Source: Candidatus Latescibacterota bacterium
GTDB taxonomy: Bacteria; Latescibacterota; UBA2968; UBA8231
Assembly: GCA_965200315.1 (NCBI GenBank)
Contig: OZ241362.1
Location: 5,152,001 to 5,216,000, forward strand
Length of the DNA: 64,000 nucleotides
Reading direction: 5' to 3'
Of this stretch, positions 40,570 through 49,224 are shown piece after piece. The position numbers and the translations under genes were made by a program. Position 1 is the stretch's first letter. Every line of letters starts with the position of its first letter. The notes beneath the pieces are model-generated. The model did no database searches. It worked only from the letters and a program-made list of their open reading frames with translations, and was not told where the DNA came from.

Positions 40570-40955
40570 ATGCAAAGCATATATGCGGACTTAGCCGGCC
40601 TAATGAGCCTGTTGGGAACGGCGGTCCTCGTCGGTTCGCTCGTCTTCGGGCAGGCGGCGTGATCCGAGGAGGCGGAGAAAGAGGACGAAGATGATGCCTA
40701 TACCGACGCCTATTTGATGGAGGAAGCCATCGTCGTAGGGTCGCGCCATGCGCCGCACTCGATTCCTTTGACGGAGGCGTCATTGTCGATGCCGAAGTCG
40801 GCTACCAGTTGAGCGTGGGAACGCAGAATTTTTTCGACTCAGTGGCCGCCGCGCCGCCCGAGGAGACCGCCGGTCAGGGCAATCTGCGCCCGGAGAGTAC
40901 GCCTTGGGATTACAACGGTGCTTTCTGGTACATGCGCTTGTTTGCGGAATTTTGA
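40570..40955 (+). pseudogene. TonB-dependent receptor remnant (N- and C-termini only)
   Basis: GGAGGA RBS and a signal peptide with an in-frame TGA, then MEEAIVVGSR (TonB-box-like). It jumps at ~40760 to DAEVGYQLSVGTQNFFD...PWDYNGAFWYMRLFAEF* (beta-barrel terminal Phe). Confidence 0.7.
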
Positions 40956-41049
40956 TTGCAAATCGTCTAAAGCAGACGGTGGAAGATGCGGTCGAGCAGT
41001 GCAAGCTCGGCCGCATTTCCAGGTGGATGCTGCTCTGTTTCCCCGGCCC

Positions 41050-43374
41050 CTAGTAGGCCACGGCCACGATGCGTTGCACGCTGCGATCTCCAGTGTCGCC
41101 AGCGATGTGTAGCTCGGCTATGTAGAGGCCGGGCGACACGCGCTGGCCGCGCAGGTCGCGGCCGTCCCAGTGCCAGGCGATGTGGCCGGCTTGCCCAGCC
41201 CGCTCTTGGGCGAAAAGCAGCCGGCCGGACAAATCGTAGAGCCGCAGGTGCAAAGGGCGAGCGGAGAGCACGTTGATGAGGCTGAATGAAATGAGGAGTT
41301 GGTCGTTGATCCCATCGCCGTTAGGCGTAATGAGCGCGGGGCTGAAGGAGAGGCCGGCAAAAAGCTGGTCGGCGACGGGCAGGCGCACGACGTTGGAACT
41401 GCTCTCGACTTGGGGGGCAGCGTCGCCGGGGTCAACGAGTTGCCGCGTTTGCGCCTTTTGGCTGTCTTCTAAGAAGGCGTCGAAGCGGGTTGCCTGTAGG
41501 TAAATAGGGGCCGTAAAGCGGAGTTCGACGAGTTGGCGGCTGCGGATGCGGCGCGGAAAGGTGGCGCGAAAGCCCTGCGCGAGGGTATCGGCGACCACCT
41601 CGACAGGCTCGCCATCGACCAAGGCGGCGTCAAAGCGGGGGACGGTGGTGGCTTCAATGGCGATCTGGTCGAAGCCGTCTCGGGTCGTCGCAGGCCGCAG
41701 GAAGTAGGAAAACAGGGTCTCTTGGCCAGGCGCGACCTGAAGGGGGAACACTTCGCCGACGACCTCAGACGCCAGTGGATCGGAGAAGTTGACGGCCAGC
41801 GAGTTGAAGTGGGGAGCCTGCGTCGGACTGTCGGACACCAAGCGCACATCGAGTTCCATAAAGCGGCGCGGAGAAGGCGACTGGAAGACCGCGCCCGACG
41901 CGCTGTACATATTGCTCCAAGGGCTCCAGTCCGCCCCGGCAATGCGCGTGGTGTCGATCTTGCCCTTAAAACTGGGGATTAGTTTGTTGTAGCGCTTCTC
42001 GGTTACTTCTCTACCGTTTTTGTCGTAAAAAGTGTATTGCTCTACTATTTCGTTCCCCGTGCGCGAGCGGATTTCGACGTGGGTGCCTAAAGGGGTCTGG
42101 GCCTGCCAGTCAAGCGAGTTGAGGTTCTTGCCGCTGCCTAGGTCGATGAGCGGCGAGCGGAGACGGACCGCAAGGGGATAGCCCTCGCCGTACACTTGGA
42201 TTTCCTCGGCCGAGCCGTTGGCATAGCAGCCCCAGCGCGAGGAGGCGTCGGTCGCACTCGCGGCACAGGTGGCGTCCCAGATCAGCCAGGCAATGCGGAC
42301 GTAGCGGGCTGGTAGGGTGGGGAACTGGTGGTCGGCTAGCCCGGCTCTGTGGTTTTCGCTGTTGGGGAACCCGGCAAAGTGCCGCGTCCAGATGCGGGTG
42401 CCGTCCGGGGCGATGGTGCCGTCCGAGGTGAGGACCTCGTAATTTTTGTAGCTAAAAGAACGCGGACCGCTGGCCCCGGCTCGGGTGCGCAGCAGGTGTT
42501 CGCCAAAGCCGCCGCGGATGGCTATGCCGGTAATCAGGCGCACGAAGTCCACTGGATAGACGGCCCCTAAGTCGATGGTGATGTGGCTCCAAGTGTTGTA
42601 GGTGTTGCGCGGCTCGCGCCCGTTGCGCCAGCGGTTGAAGATCGAGCCATCGACTAGGTTTAGCGCGTTGCCCAAGGTGACCTCTTCGGCGCGGACAAAG
42701 GCGTCGATGACTATGTCGATAGCTCCGCCGCGCTCGACGAGGTTGAGGGTGAGATTGTCGCCGATGCTTTTGACCTCGACGGCGACGAGCCGGGCGTTGG
42801 GGACATGCTTGAGGTTGCGGATTTGCAGGTAGCGGATCGGCGTCAGGTAGAGCGCGTCGCCGGGGGCGAATGCGACGCGGTGGCGCGCGTTTTCCTTGAA
42901 GCGTTCCTTGATGCGGTAGATCAGGGAGCCTTCGACTGGATTGGCTACTTGGTCGAGTTGCGGCTCGCCGGAGGAGAGCAAGAGATCGAACAGCTCAAAG
43001 GGGGGCGCGGCGGCGGCGAAGACCAAGGCAATGCTATGCGCCGAGACGCTGCGGCCGAGGTCGATTTCCACAAACCAGTCGTCTGGATCGTCGGCCGGGT
43101 TGGGTGCCCAGCCGGTCGCTGGGTTGCCGTCGAGGAGTGCGTTGGCGGCGCTGGGATTGGAGCCGGCTCGGTGGATGCCGCCGCCTAAAGCTGTGGCGTC
43201 GAGCACGGCATCTACGCCCTTTTGGATGTGCATCGGTTGGATCGCTCCAGTAGACGCGATTTTGACTGCGCCCACTGGCACCTGCCAGTCGCGCCAATCG
43301 CGCACCGAGTCAAAGCGCAACTGATCGGCGTCAGCGGTGGCGACCAAGCAGAGAGACAAAAGGACGATGAACAT
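41050..43374 (-). CDS. Secreted protein with C-terminal TPNGDG/FlgD-Ig (T9SS type B-like) domain
   Basis: Signal peptide and discoidin-like IDLG repeats. Ends LITPNGDGIND...WDGRDLRG..VSPGLY...VAVAY. Confidence 0.8.
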   Translation of the reverse strand: MFIVLLSLCLVATADADQLRFDSVRDWRDWQVPVGAVKIASTGAIQPMHIQKGVDAVLDATALGGGIHRAGSNPSAANALLDGNPATGWAPNPADDPDDWFVEIDLGRSVSAHSIALVFAAAAPPFELFDLLLSSGEPQLDQVANPVEGSLIYRIKERFKENARHRVAFAPGDALYLTPIRYLQIRNLKHVPNARLVAVEVKSIGDNLTLNLVERGGAIDIVIDAFVRAEEVTLGNALNLVDGSIFNRWRNGREPRNTYNTWSHITIDLGAVYPVDFVRLITGIAIRGGFGEHLLRTRAGASGPRSFSYKNYEVLTSDGTIAPDGTRIWTRHFAGFPNSENHRAGLADHQFPTLPARYVRIAWLIWDATCAASATDASSRWGCYANGSAEEIQVYGEGYPLAVRLRSPLIDLGSGKNLNSLDWQAQTPLGTHVEIRSRTGNEIVEQYTFYDKNGREVTEKRYNKLIPSFKGKIDTTRIAGADWSPWSNMYSASGAVFQSPSPRRFMELDVRLVSDSPTQAPHFNSLAVNFSDPLASEVVGEVFPLQVAPGQETLFSYFLRPATTRDGFDQIAIEATTVPRFDAALVDGEPVEVVADTLAQGFRATFPRRIRSRQLVELRFTAPIYLQATRFDAFLEDSQKAQTRQLVDPGDAAPQVESSSNVVRLPVADQLFAGLSFSPALITPNGDGINDQLLISFSLINVLSARPLHLRLYDLSGRLLFAQERAGQAGHIAWHWDGRDLRGQRVSPGLYIAELHIAGDTGDRSVQRIVAVAY

Positions 43375-43385
43375 GGGTTAGACGC

Positions 43386-45818
43386 TCAGCGCAACAAGAG
43401 CAACTTGCGCACTTGGACCTGCTCACCAGCGCGCAGGCGATAAGTGTAAACGCCAGTGGCCAGTCGCTCACCAGCGTCGTTGCGCCCGTCCCAATGAGCA
43501 GTGTAGTACCCAACTGAGTGCCAGCCGCGTACGAGGCGGGCGACCTTTTGGCCGGCGAGGTTGTAAATGGCTAATTCGATGTCGGCCGCTTGCGGCAGCG
43601 CGAAGCCGAGGCTGCTGCTGCTGTTGAAGGGGTTGGGGACGTTTTGGGCGAGAGCTAAGGCAGCGGGTTGGTCCGTGCGGAACACTTCTGTGACGGCCGT
43701 CGGCACGTGCGGCGCGGCCGGAATGCGCGTCACTAGGCGCACATCGTCTAGGTAGAAGGTGCCCGTCATATTGCCCTCAAAGCGGAGGGCGTCGATCCAG
43801 TCCACTTGGTCGCGGAGGCCGGGGCCGTAGTGGTTGGGCTGGTCGAAGGCCGTGAAGGGGATTTCTAAGACCTGCCACTCGCGGCGCGAAAAGTCGAGAT
43901 GGAACTGCTCGGGATCGCGCGCCAAATCCACGCCAAGGCCGTCGATAAAGAGGACGAAGATGGGAAAGGTGGGCAGCTCGATGTCGCCGGGATGGAAGGC
44001 GAAGCGCACGCCAGCAAAACCGAGGGGATCGACGGGTGCGGTCGGACTAAATTCGATGGTCCACGGGGTGTAGAAGTTTTTGGGCTCCGCCTCGACCGCG
44101 ACGGTGCGGGTGCCGTAGAAGATGGGCCCCTCGCCTGTGACCTGCATTTGGGCACTGCTGTCGCCGACCAACTGCCAGTCGGCAGCTACGCGCTCGTCGA
44201 AAACGGACAAGTCCGGCGGCAGGAGGGTGATTTGGTGGATAAAGTCGATGCCCTTGAAAGCGCCATCGACCTCCTGTTCGAGGCGCACGACCACTTCGTA
44301 GAAGCCCTTGGGCAAGTTGGCGGTCTCCAAGCGGGTGTCGAGTTGGTAGGTCTGGTCGTCGAGAGCAACTAGCGGCAGGTCTGCCGGGCCGCCCAAGGAA
44401 CGTAGGTCTGCGGTTAGGCGCGGCGGTCCGCCGTCGGGGACGAGCCGTGCGAGGCGCACTGTGGCGTGGACTCGGAGCGCGTCGCCGATGGACAGGGTGT
44501 CGGGCATCTGGTGTTCCCACGAGCCGCCGATGGGACTGTAGGTGATTTTGATGACCAGTTCGTTGCGGTTATCGCTGGTGACGTATAGACTGCCCTCGGC
44601 GTCGCTGGCAAGCCCGACGGGGAATCCCCAGACATCGCCTTGCGTCTCGCCGGCTTGAAAGCCGGTGATAAAGCTGCCCATGCGGGCGTCGCTGCCATCG
44701 GGTTGGCTAAAGAGCGCGGCGACTAGGTAGCCGGGGTGCGACGAGAGCTTGGCTTTGCCGGCGCGGAAGGCGACGAAGGCGGCGTTGTGGTAGCGGGAGG
44801 GAAACTGGTCGCCGGTGTAGAAGTGGAGGCCCATGGGTGCGTAGTGGGCTGGGACCAAGGCCACCGGGCGTTTTTGGGTGGCGGCGAGGAGGCTGTCTTG
44901 GCGGGTGATGGGCAGTGCTTTTTCGTAGCCAGCAATGGTAAAGTCGCTCCAGACTTGGTGGCTGTGGACCAAAGGATAGCCCATAAAGTCTTGGTCGCCG
45001 ATGATGTCAATCCACTCCGGTGGGCGCGTGCGGCCTTCGAGGTCGTGGCCGTTGTGATTGGCCCACAGCTCATTGGTCTGCGGGTGGAAGTCCATGCCGA
45101 TGGTGTGGCGGATGCCAGTGGCAAAGATGCGGCGACCGCGGCCGTCGGGATTGAATTGCAAGATGGTGCCGCGCTCGGGGTGGTGAGGCACGGGGTTGTT
45201 GGTGTTGCCGACGACCTGAAAGCCCGCGTCCATGCGGCACAGGTCGCAGGGTGAGCCGACCGACAGATACATTTTGTCGTTGCGGCGATCGACGACGAGG
45301 GTGCGGGTATCGTGCCAACCCTCCGAAGGAACGTCGGGCAGGACGACTTCTTCTTGTTCGTATACTAGGTCGCCATCGGTGTCGCGCACGCGGATGACTT
45401 GGTGTTCCTCGGCGACGTAGAGCGCGTCTTTGTAGAACAGGAGGCTGTGGGCTTCTCTGAGGCCGCGCAGGGCGATGATGCGCTCGTCGGCCACGCCATC
45501 GCGATTGCGGTCGGGCAGGGCGACGATCTGGCCAGCGCCCATGTTGGCCACGTGCAACACGCCATTGGGGTCAAAGGCCATAAAGCGGGGTCTGCGCAGG
45601 CCCTCGTGGGCGAAGACGCGGGCCGAGAAGTGAGGGGGAAGGTTGAGCACCAAGCCTTGGGGCACGGCACCACGAAAGGCTTCGGGCACAATGAGTGGGG
45701 TCGGCTGCAAGCCCAGATCAACTTCGGGGACTAGCGTCCCAGCGGGGTAGCCTTCGTCTTGGGCCAGCCCGGCAGCGGCGAAGCGGAGAGCGAAGGCGAA
45801 TGATATGACGATGTACAT
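43386..45818 (-). CDS. Secreted PQQ-dependent sugar/sorbosone dehydrogenase-like protein with FlgD/T9SS type A-like C-terminus
   Basis: H.TRTL, SVGSPCD.C, FATGIRH..G, AHYAPMGL.FY. Ends QNVPNPFN...WDGRND.GERLATGVY.YRL...KLLLLR. Confidence 0.85.
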   Translation of the reverse strand: MYIVISFAFALRFAAAGLAQDEGYPAGTLVPEVDLGLQPTPLIVPEAFRGAVPQGLVLNLPPHFSARVFAHEGLRRPRFMAFDPNGVLHVANMGAGQIVALPDRNRDGVADERIIALRGLREAHSLLFYKDALYVAEEHQVIRVRDTDGDLVYEQEEVVLPDVPSEGWHDTRTLVVDRRNDKMYLSVGSPCDLCRMDAGFQVVGNTNNPVPHHPERGTILQFNPDGRGRRIFATGIRHTIGMDFHPQTNELWANHNGHDLEGRTRPPEWIDIIGDQDFMGYPLVHSHQVWSDFTIAGYEKALPITRQDSLLAATQKRPVALVPAHYAPMGLHFYTGDQFPSRYHNAAFVAFRAGKAKLSSHPGYLVAALFSQPDGSDARMGSFITGFQAGETQGDVWGFPVGLASDAEGSLYVTSDNRNELVIKITYSPIGGSWEHQMPDTLSIGDALRVHATVRLARLVPDGGPPRLTADLRSLGGPADLPLVALDDQTYQLDTRLETANLPKGFYEVVVRLEQEVDGAFKGIDFIHQITLLPPDLSVFDERVAADWQLVGDSSAQMQVTGEGPIFYGTRTVAVEAEPKNFYTPWTIEFSPTAPVDPLGFAGVRFAFHPGDIELPTFPIFVLFIDGLGVDLARDPEQFHLDFSRREWQVLEIPFTAFDQPNHYGPGLRDQVDWIDALRFEGNMTGTFYLDDVRLVTRIPAAPHVPTAVTEVFRTDQPAALALAQNVPNPFNSSSSLGFALPQAADIELAIYNLAGQKVARLVRGWHSVGYYTAHWDGRNDAGERLATGVYTYRLRAGEQVQVRKLLLLR

Positions 45819-45981
45819 GGAGAATTTTTGGGGGTGGGATAGGTATTCGTCCCTAAATTAGCATTTTTTGTACTAGGTGTGTCAATAATCCTAATTGTAG
45901 AATAAGTCGCCAGTGGCAAGTGCCCTATTGGAAGCAGACAGGCACTTTGCACTTTTTACTCAGTCGGAGGAGCGGATACTG

Positions 45982-46821
45982 ATGCCCCTTATGCCGCTTA
46001 TAGGACGCATTGTGTTAGGAATCGCCGTGCTACTTGTGGTGGGCTACGTTTTGGCTGCGGCCTATCTCTACTTTTTTCAGGAAAAATTCATTTACAAGCC
46101 GAGTACCCGCGTTGCGGTCACGCCGGCTGCGGTGGGAATGCGCTACGAGGAAGTCTCGCTAGTCGCCAGCGATGGGGTGCGCCTGAGTGGATGGTACCTG
46201 CCGTTGGCCGATGCGCGAGGCACGGTGCTTTTTTGCCATGGGAATGCGGGCAATATATCGAATCTGCTTGGAGTGGCCGCGGATGCGCACCGGTTGGGCT
46301 TGGGAATTTTGTTGTTTGACTATCGAGGCTATGGTCAAAGTGAGGGTACGCTCTCTGAGGAAGGTACGCACCGCGATGCAGAGGCGGCTTGGAACTACTT
46401 GGTGCAAGAAGCCGGGCTGGCCCCGGAGCAGATTGCGATTATCGGTCGGTCGCTGGGCGGGCCAATGGCCGCACGGCTGGCGCGAGACAGGCAGCCGGCC
46501 GCCCTGTTCTTGGAGGCGACTTTTACCTCCATACCCGAGCTGGGCCGCGAGCTGTATCCGATTTTTCCGGTCGATTTGCTCGCCCGCTACGAGTATCCCA
46601 CGTTGGAGTACCTAAAGCAGGTACAATGCCCGGTGCTAGTGAGCCACAGCCGCGATGACAAGTTTATTGTATTCGCACACGGCCAGCGGCTGTACGAGGC
46701 CGCCAGCCAGCCTAAGGCATTTACCGCGCTGCGGGGTGGCCATAGTTCGGCCTTTAGCGAGGATGCGGCCGCGTATGAAGCCGGGGTGGAGGCGTTTTTG
46801 ACGCGGGTGCTGGGGTGGTAG
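45982..46821 (+). CDS. Alpha/beta hydrolase (ABHD17/BEM46-like)
   Basis: N-terminal TM, HGNAGN, DYRGYGQS, GRSLGG, D and H of the triad. Confidence 0.9.
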   Translation: MPLMPLIGRIVLGIAVLLVVGYVLAAAYLYFFQEKFIYKPSTRVAVTPAAVGMRYEEVSLVASDGVRLSGWYLPLADARGTVLFCHGNAGNISNLLGVAADAHRLGLGILLFDYRGYGQSEGTLSEEGTHRDAEAAWNYLVQEAGLAPEQIAIIGRSLGGPMAARLARDRQPAALFLEATFTSIPELGRELYPIFPVDLLARYEYPTLEYLKQVQCPVLVSHSRDDKFIVFAHGQRLYEAASQPKAFTALRGGHSSAFSEDAAAYEAGVEAFLTRVLGW

Positions 46822-46912
46822 GCTGCATTCCCTGGCGCGGCGCATAGACGCTTTGCCACCGCCTTTAATCATTTGAGAATAGTATGTAGCCCATAAACTA
46901 TTGGAGGTAGAG

Positions 46913-48130
46913 ATGAACAAAAACAAGGGCGAGGTCGTCCGATTGGCGATAGTGGGGTGCGGCGGTATGGCTGGGGCACATCTGCGGGGATACGAAGAGC
47001 TGTTGGAAAAAGGCGAGACGCGGTTCCGCATTGTCGCGGCTGTCGATGAGGTGCCCGCCCGCGCCGAGGATTTTGCTGTGCGCATCAACGGGTTCGCCGG
47101 CTGGGAGGTCAATGTCTATGCGAGCGTAGCCGAGCTGCTGGCCGGGGAAGACGCGCTCGATGGGGCCGATATATGCAGCCCGCACGGTTTGCACCACGTA
47201 CTGGCCTGCGAGCTGCTAGAGGGCGGAGTGAACGTGCTGGTCGAAAAGCCGATTGGGGTCACGGTGCGGGCCTCGAAGAAGATCGCGCAGACAGCGCAGC
47301 GCTGCGGACGGGTCGCTGCCACGGCCGAGCAGTGCCGCCGTGCCCTCGGCCAGCGCGCGATTCACTGGGCTTTCAACGACGGCCTGTTGGGTGCGCCGAA
47401 GATGTGGTGGGCCGTGCAGGCCGGGTGGAACGATCCGGCCCAAGTGCCCAATTGGCACTGGCGCCTGGATCGCAAGTTGGGCGGTTGTGGCATGGTCATG
47501 GACAGCGGGGCGCACTGGGTTGACACCATGCGCTATTGGTTCGGCGAAATAGAGAGCGTGTACGCCCGGGTTGAGCAGATCTACCCGCGCCCCCATCGCC
47601 AAGGCGAGGAAATCGTCCATAGCGCGTCCGAGGACTTTTGGACCAGCATATTCAACTTCAAGAGCGGCTTAATCGGCACGTGGTCGTGGACGATCAGCGC
47701 GCCGGGCAAGGGCTTTACCCAACTGACGCTGAGCGGCGAGAAAGGGTCGATCATCGACACGGACATCTTCCACCCGGCCGCCTTTCAGGCCAATGGTGAG
47801 TGCCAGCTCGCCGACGGGACCACGCACAGTATGTCCGAGTTGCAAGAAATGTACTTGGCAACTCTGAGTGAGAAGGAAAAGGACGCGCTCTTCCCCTATG
47901 GGATCACCGGCGGGGTGACGCTGGAGTTGTGGGATTTTATCGACGCGCTGAGCGAGGGGCGGCCAGTGGAAATCGGCGCGGAGGAAGGCTTGCGCAGCAA
48001 GGCCGTCAGCGAGGCCATTTACGAATCTGGCCACTCTGGGCAGGTGGTACAGGTCGCCGATGTGCTGACGGGCAAGATCGACGCCTACCAGCGCGACGTC
48101 GACGAGGCGTGGGGGCTAGATACCGATTAG
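46913..48130 (+). CDS. Gfo/Idh/MocA family oxidoreductase
   Basis: IVGCGGMA, VLVEKPI, MDSGAHWVD. Confidence 0.9.
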   Translation: MNKNKGEVVRLAIVGCGGMAGAHLRGYEELLEKGETRFRIVAAVDEVPARAEDFAVRINGFAGWEVNVYASVAELLAGEDALDGADICSPHGLHHVLACELLEGGVNVLVEKPIGVTVRASKKIAQTAQRCGRVAATAEQCRRALGQRAIHWAFNDGLLGAPKMWWAVQAGWNDPAQVPNWHWRLDRKLGGCGMVMDSGAHWVDTMRYWFGEIESVYARVEQIYPRPHRQGEEIVHSASEDFWTSIFNFKSGLIGTWSWTISAPGKGFTQLTLSGEKGSIIDTDIFHPAAFQANGECQLADGTTHSMSELQEMYLATLSEKEKDALFPYGITGGVTLELWDFIDALSEGRPVEIGAEEGLRSKAVSEAIYESGHSGQVVQVADVLTGKIDAYQRDVDEAWGLDTD

Positions 48131-49132
48131 GCGGAGCCAGAGCCGCTTTAGGGCTTGGTCGGTGCGCTGGGCATCGAATGGGCTGTTGGTGCGCTGGAGG
48201 TCGGCGATGCGCTCGGGATGAGATGGATCCGGCAACAGGCGGAACGTGAAGAGGTACGCGCCGGTAGAATCGAGGTAGAAGTCGGAGCGGCCAAAGCGCA
48301 GGTCGTAGAAGTAGAGCGCGTCATCGCGGTGCTCCACTCGATAGTACCCGCGAGAAAACCAGAACAGGTGCTGGATGGGTGGGTCGTCGCGCCGGGGAGC
48401 GATGAGGTGGGTGTTGCGCTCGATGCGGCGGAAGCGGATCGCCGAGTCGTCGAGCAGGGAGTACAGCCCGGCCCACAGGTGATCGTCCTCGCCAGCCAAG
48501 CCCGACCACAGTACGGCGTTGAACGGGGTCGGTGCGACGTACAGACGCTCGTAGGGGATGCCTTGTTCGTCTAGTGCTTGGGCAAAGGTGCTGCGCACGT
48601 GCAGGCAGATCGCAGCGGTAGCGAGCAGGTACGCCGTGCTCAAGCCGAGGCCCAGCGCGTTGAGTCGCCGCCGCCAGTGCAATCGCCGCTGGCATAGGGC
48701 GGCGATGAGGCCGAAGGCTAAGGGCAGGGTATAGAGCGGGTCTATGACGAAGATGGAACCGAAGGCGACCGGGTAATTGCTGAACGGACTGAACAATTGG
48801 GTGCCGTACCCGGTGAAGCAGTCGAGGAGGGCGTGCGTGAGAATCGCCCAGAACGCCAGCGCGGCCCACTCGCGCCAGCTTGCGGCGCGGTGTAGCTTAG
48901 ACAGTGCCCAACCCATCCCAAGGCCGCCGCCTACCGCAAAGAGCAGGGAGTGCGATACCCAGCGGTGAAAGTCCAATTGGTCGGCCCCCGACAAAAAGGC
49001 CGCGCCCAACACGTCGAGGTCTGGGAGGACGCCCAAGGCCGCGCCCCACAGGGGGGCTTTGTTGCCAACCTTGTTGCCTAAAACCTTTTCGCCGACGGCC
49101 GCGCCGAGCGCGATTTGCGTAACGCTATCCAT
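48116..49132 (-). CDS. Inner-membrane metal-dependent hydrolase (YdjM family)
   Basis: MDSVTQIALGAAVGE, LPDLDV, HRWVSHSL, THALLDCFTGYGT. Confidence 0.88.
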   Translation of the reverse strand: MDSVTQIALGAAVGEKVLGNKVGNKAPLWGAALGVLPDLDVLGAAFLSGADQLDFHRWVSHSLLFAVGGGLGMGWALSKLHRAASWREWAALAFWAILTHALLDCFTGYGTQLFSPFSNYPVAFGSIFVIDPLYTLPLAFGLIAALCQRRLHWRRRLNALGLGLSTAYLLATAAICLHVRSTFAQALDEQGIPYERLYVAPTPFNAVLWSGLAGEDDHLWAGLYSLLDDSAIRFRRIERNTHLIAPRRDDPPIQHLFWFSRGYYRVEHRDDALYFYDLRFGRSDFYLDSTGAYLFTFRLLPDPSHPERIADLQRTNSPFDAQRTDQALKRLWLRLIGI

Positions 49133-49224
49133 AAGGAGCTGTTAGATTTGCAGAGAACAACGTACCAAAAAAACGCCGCGTGTGCATGAGGGCGGCCCGG
49201 CCCGAGAAAGTCTATCAGATCAAT

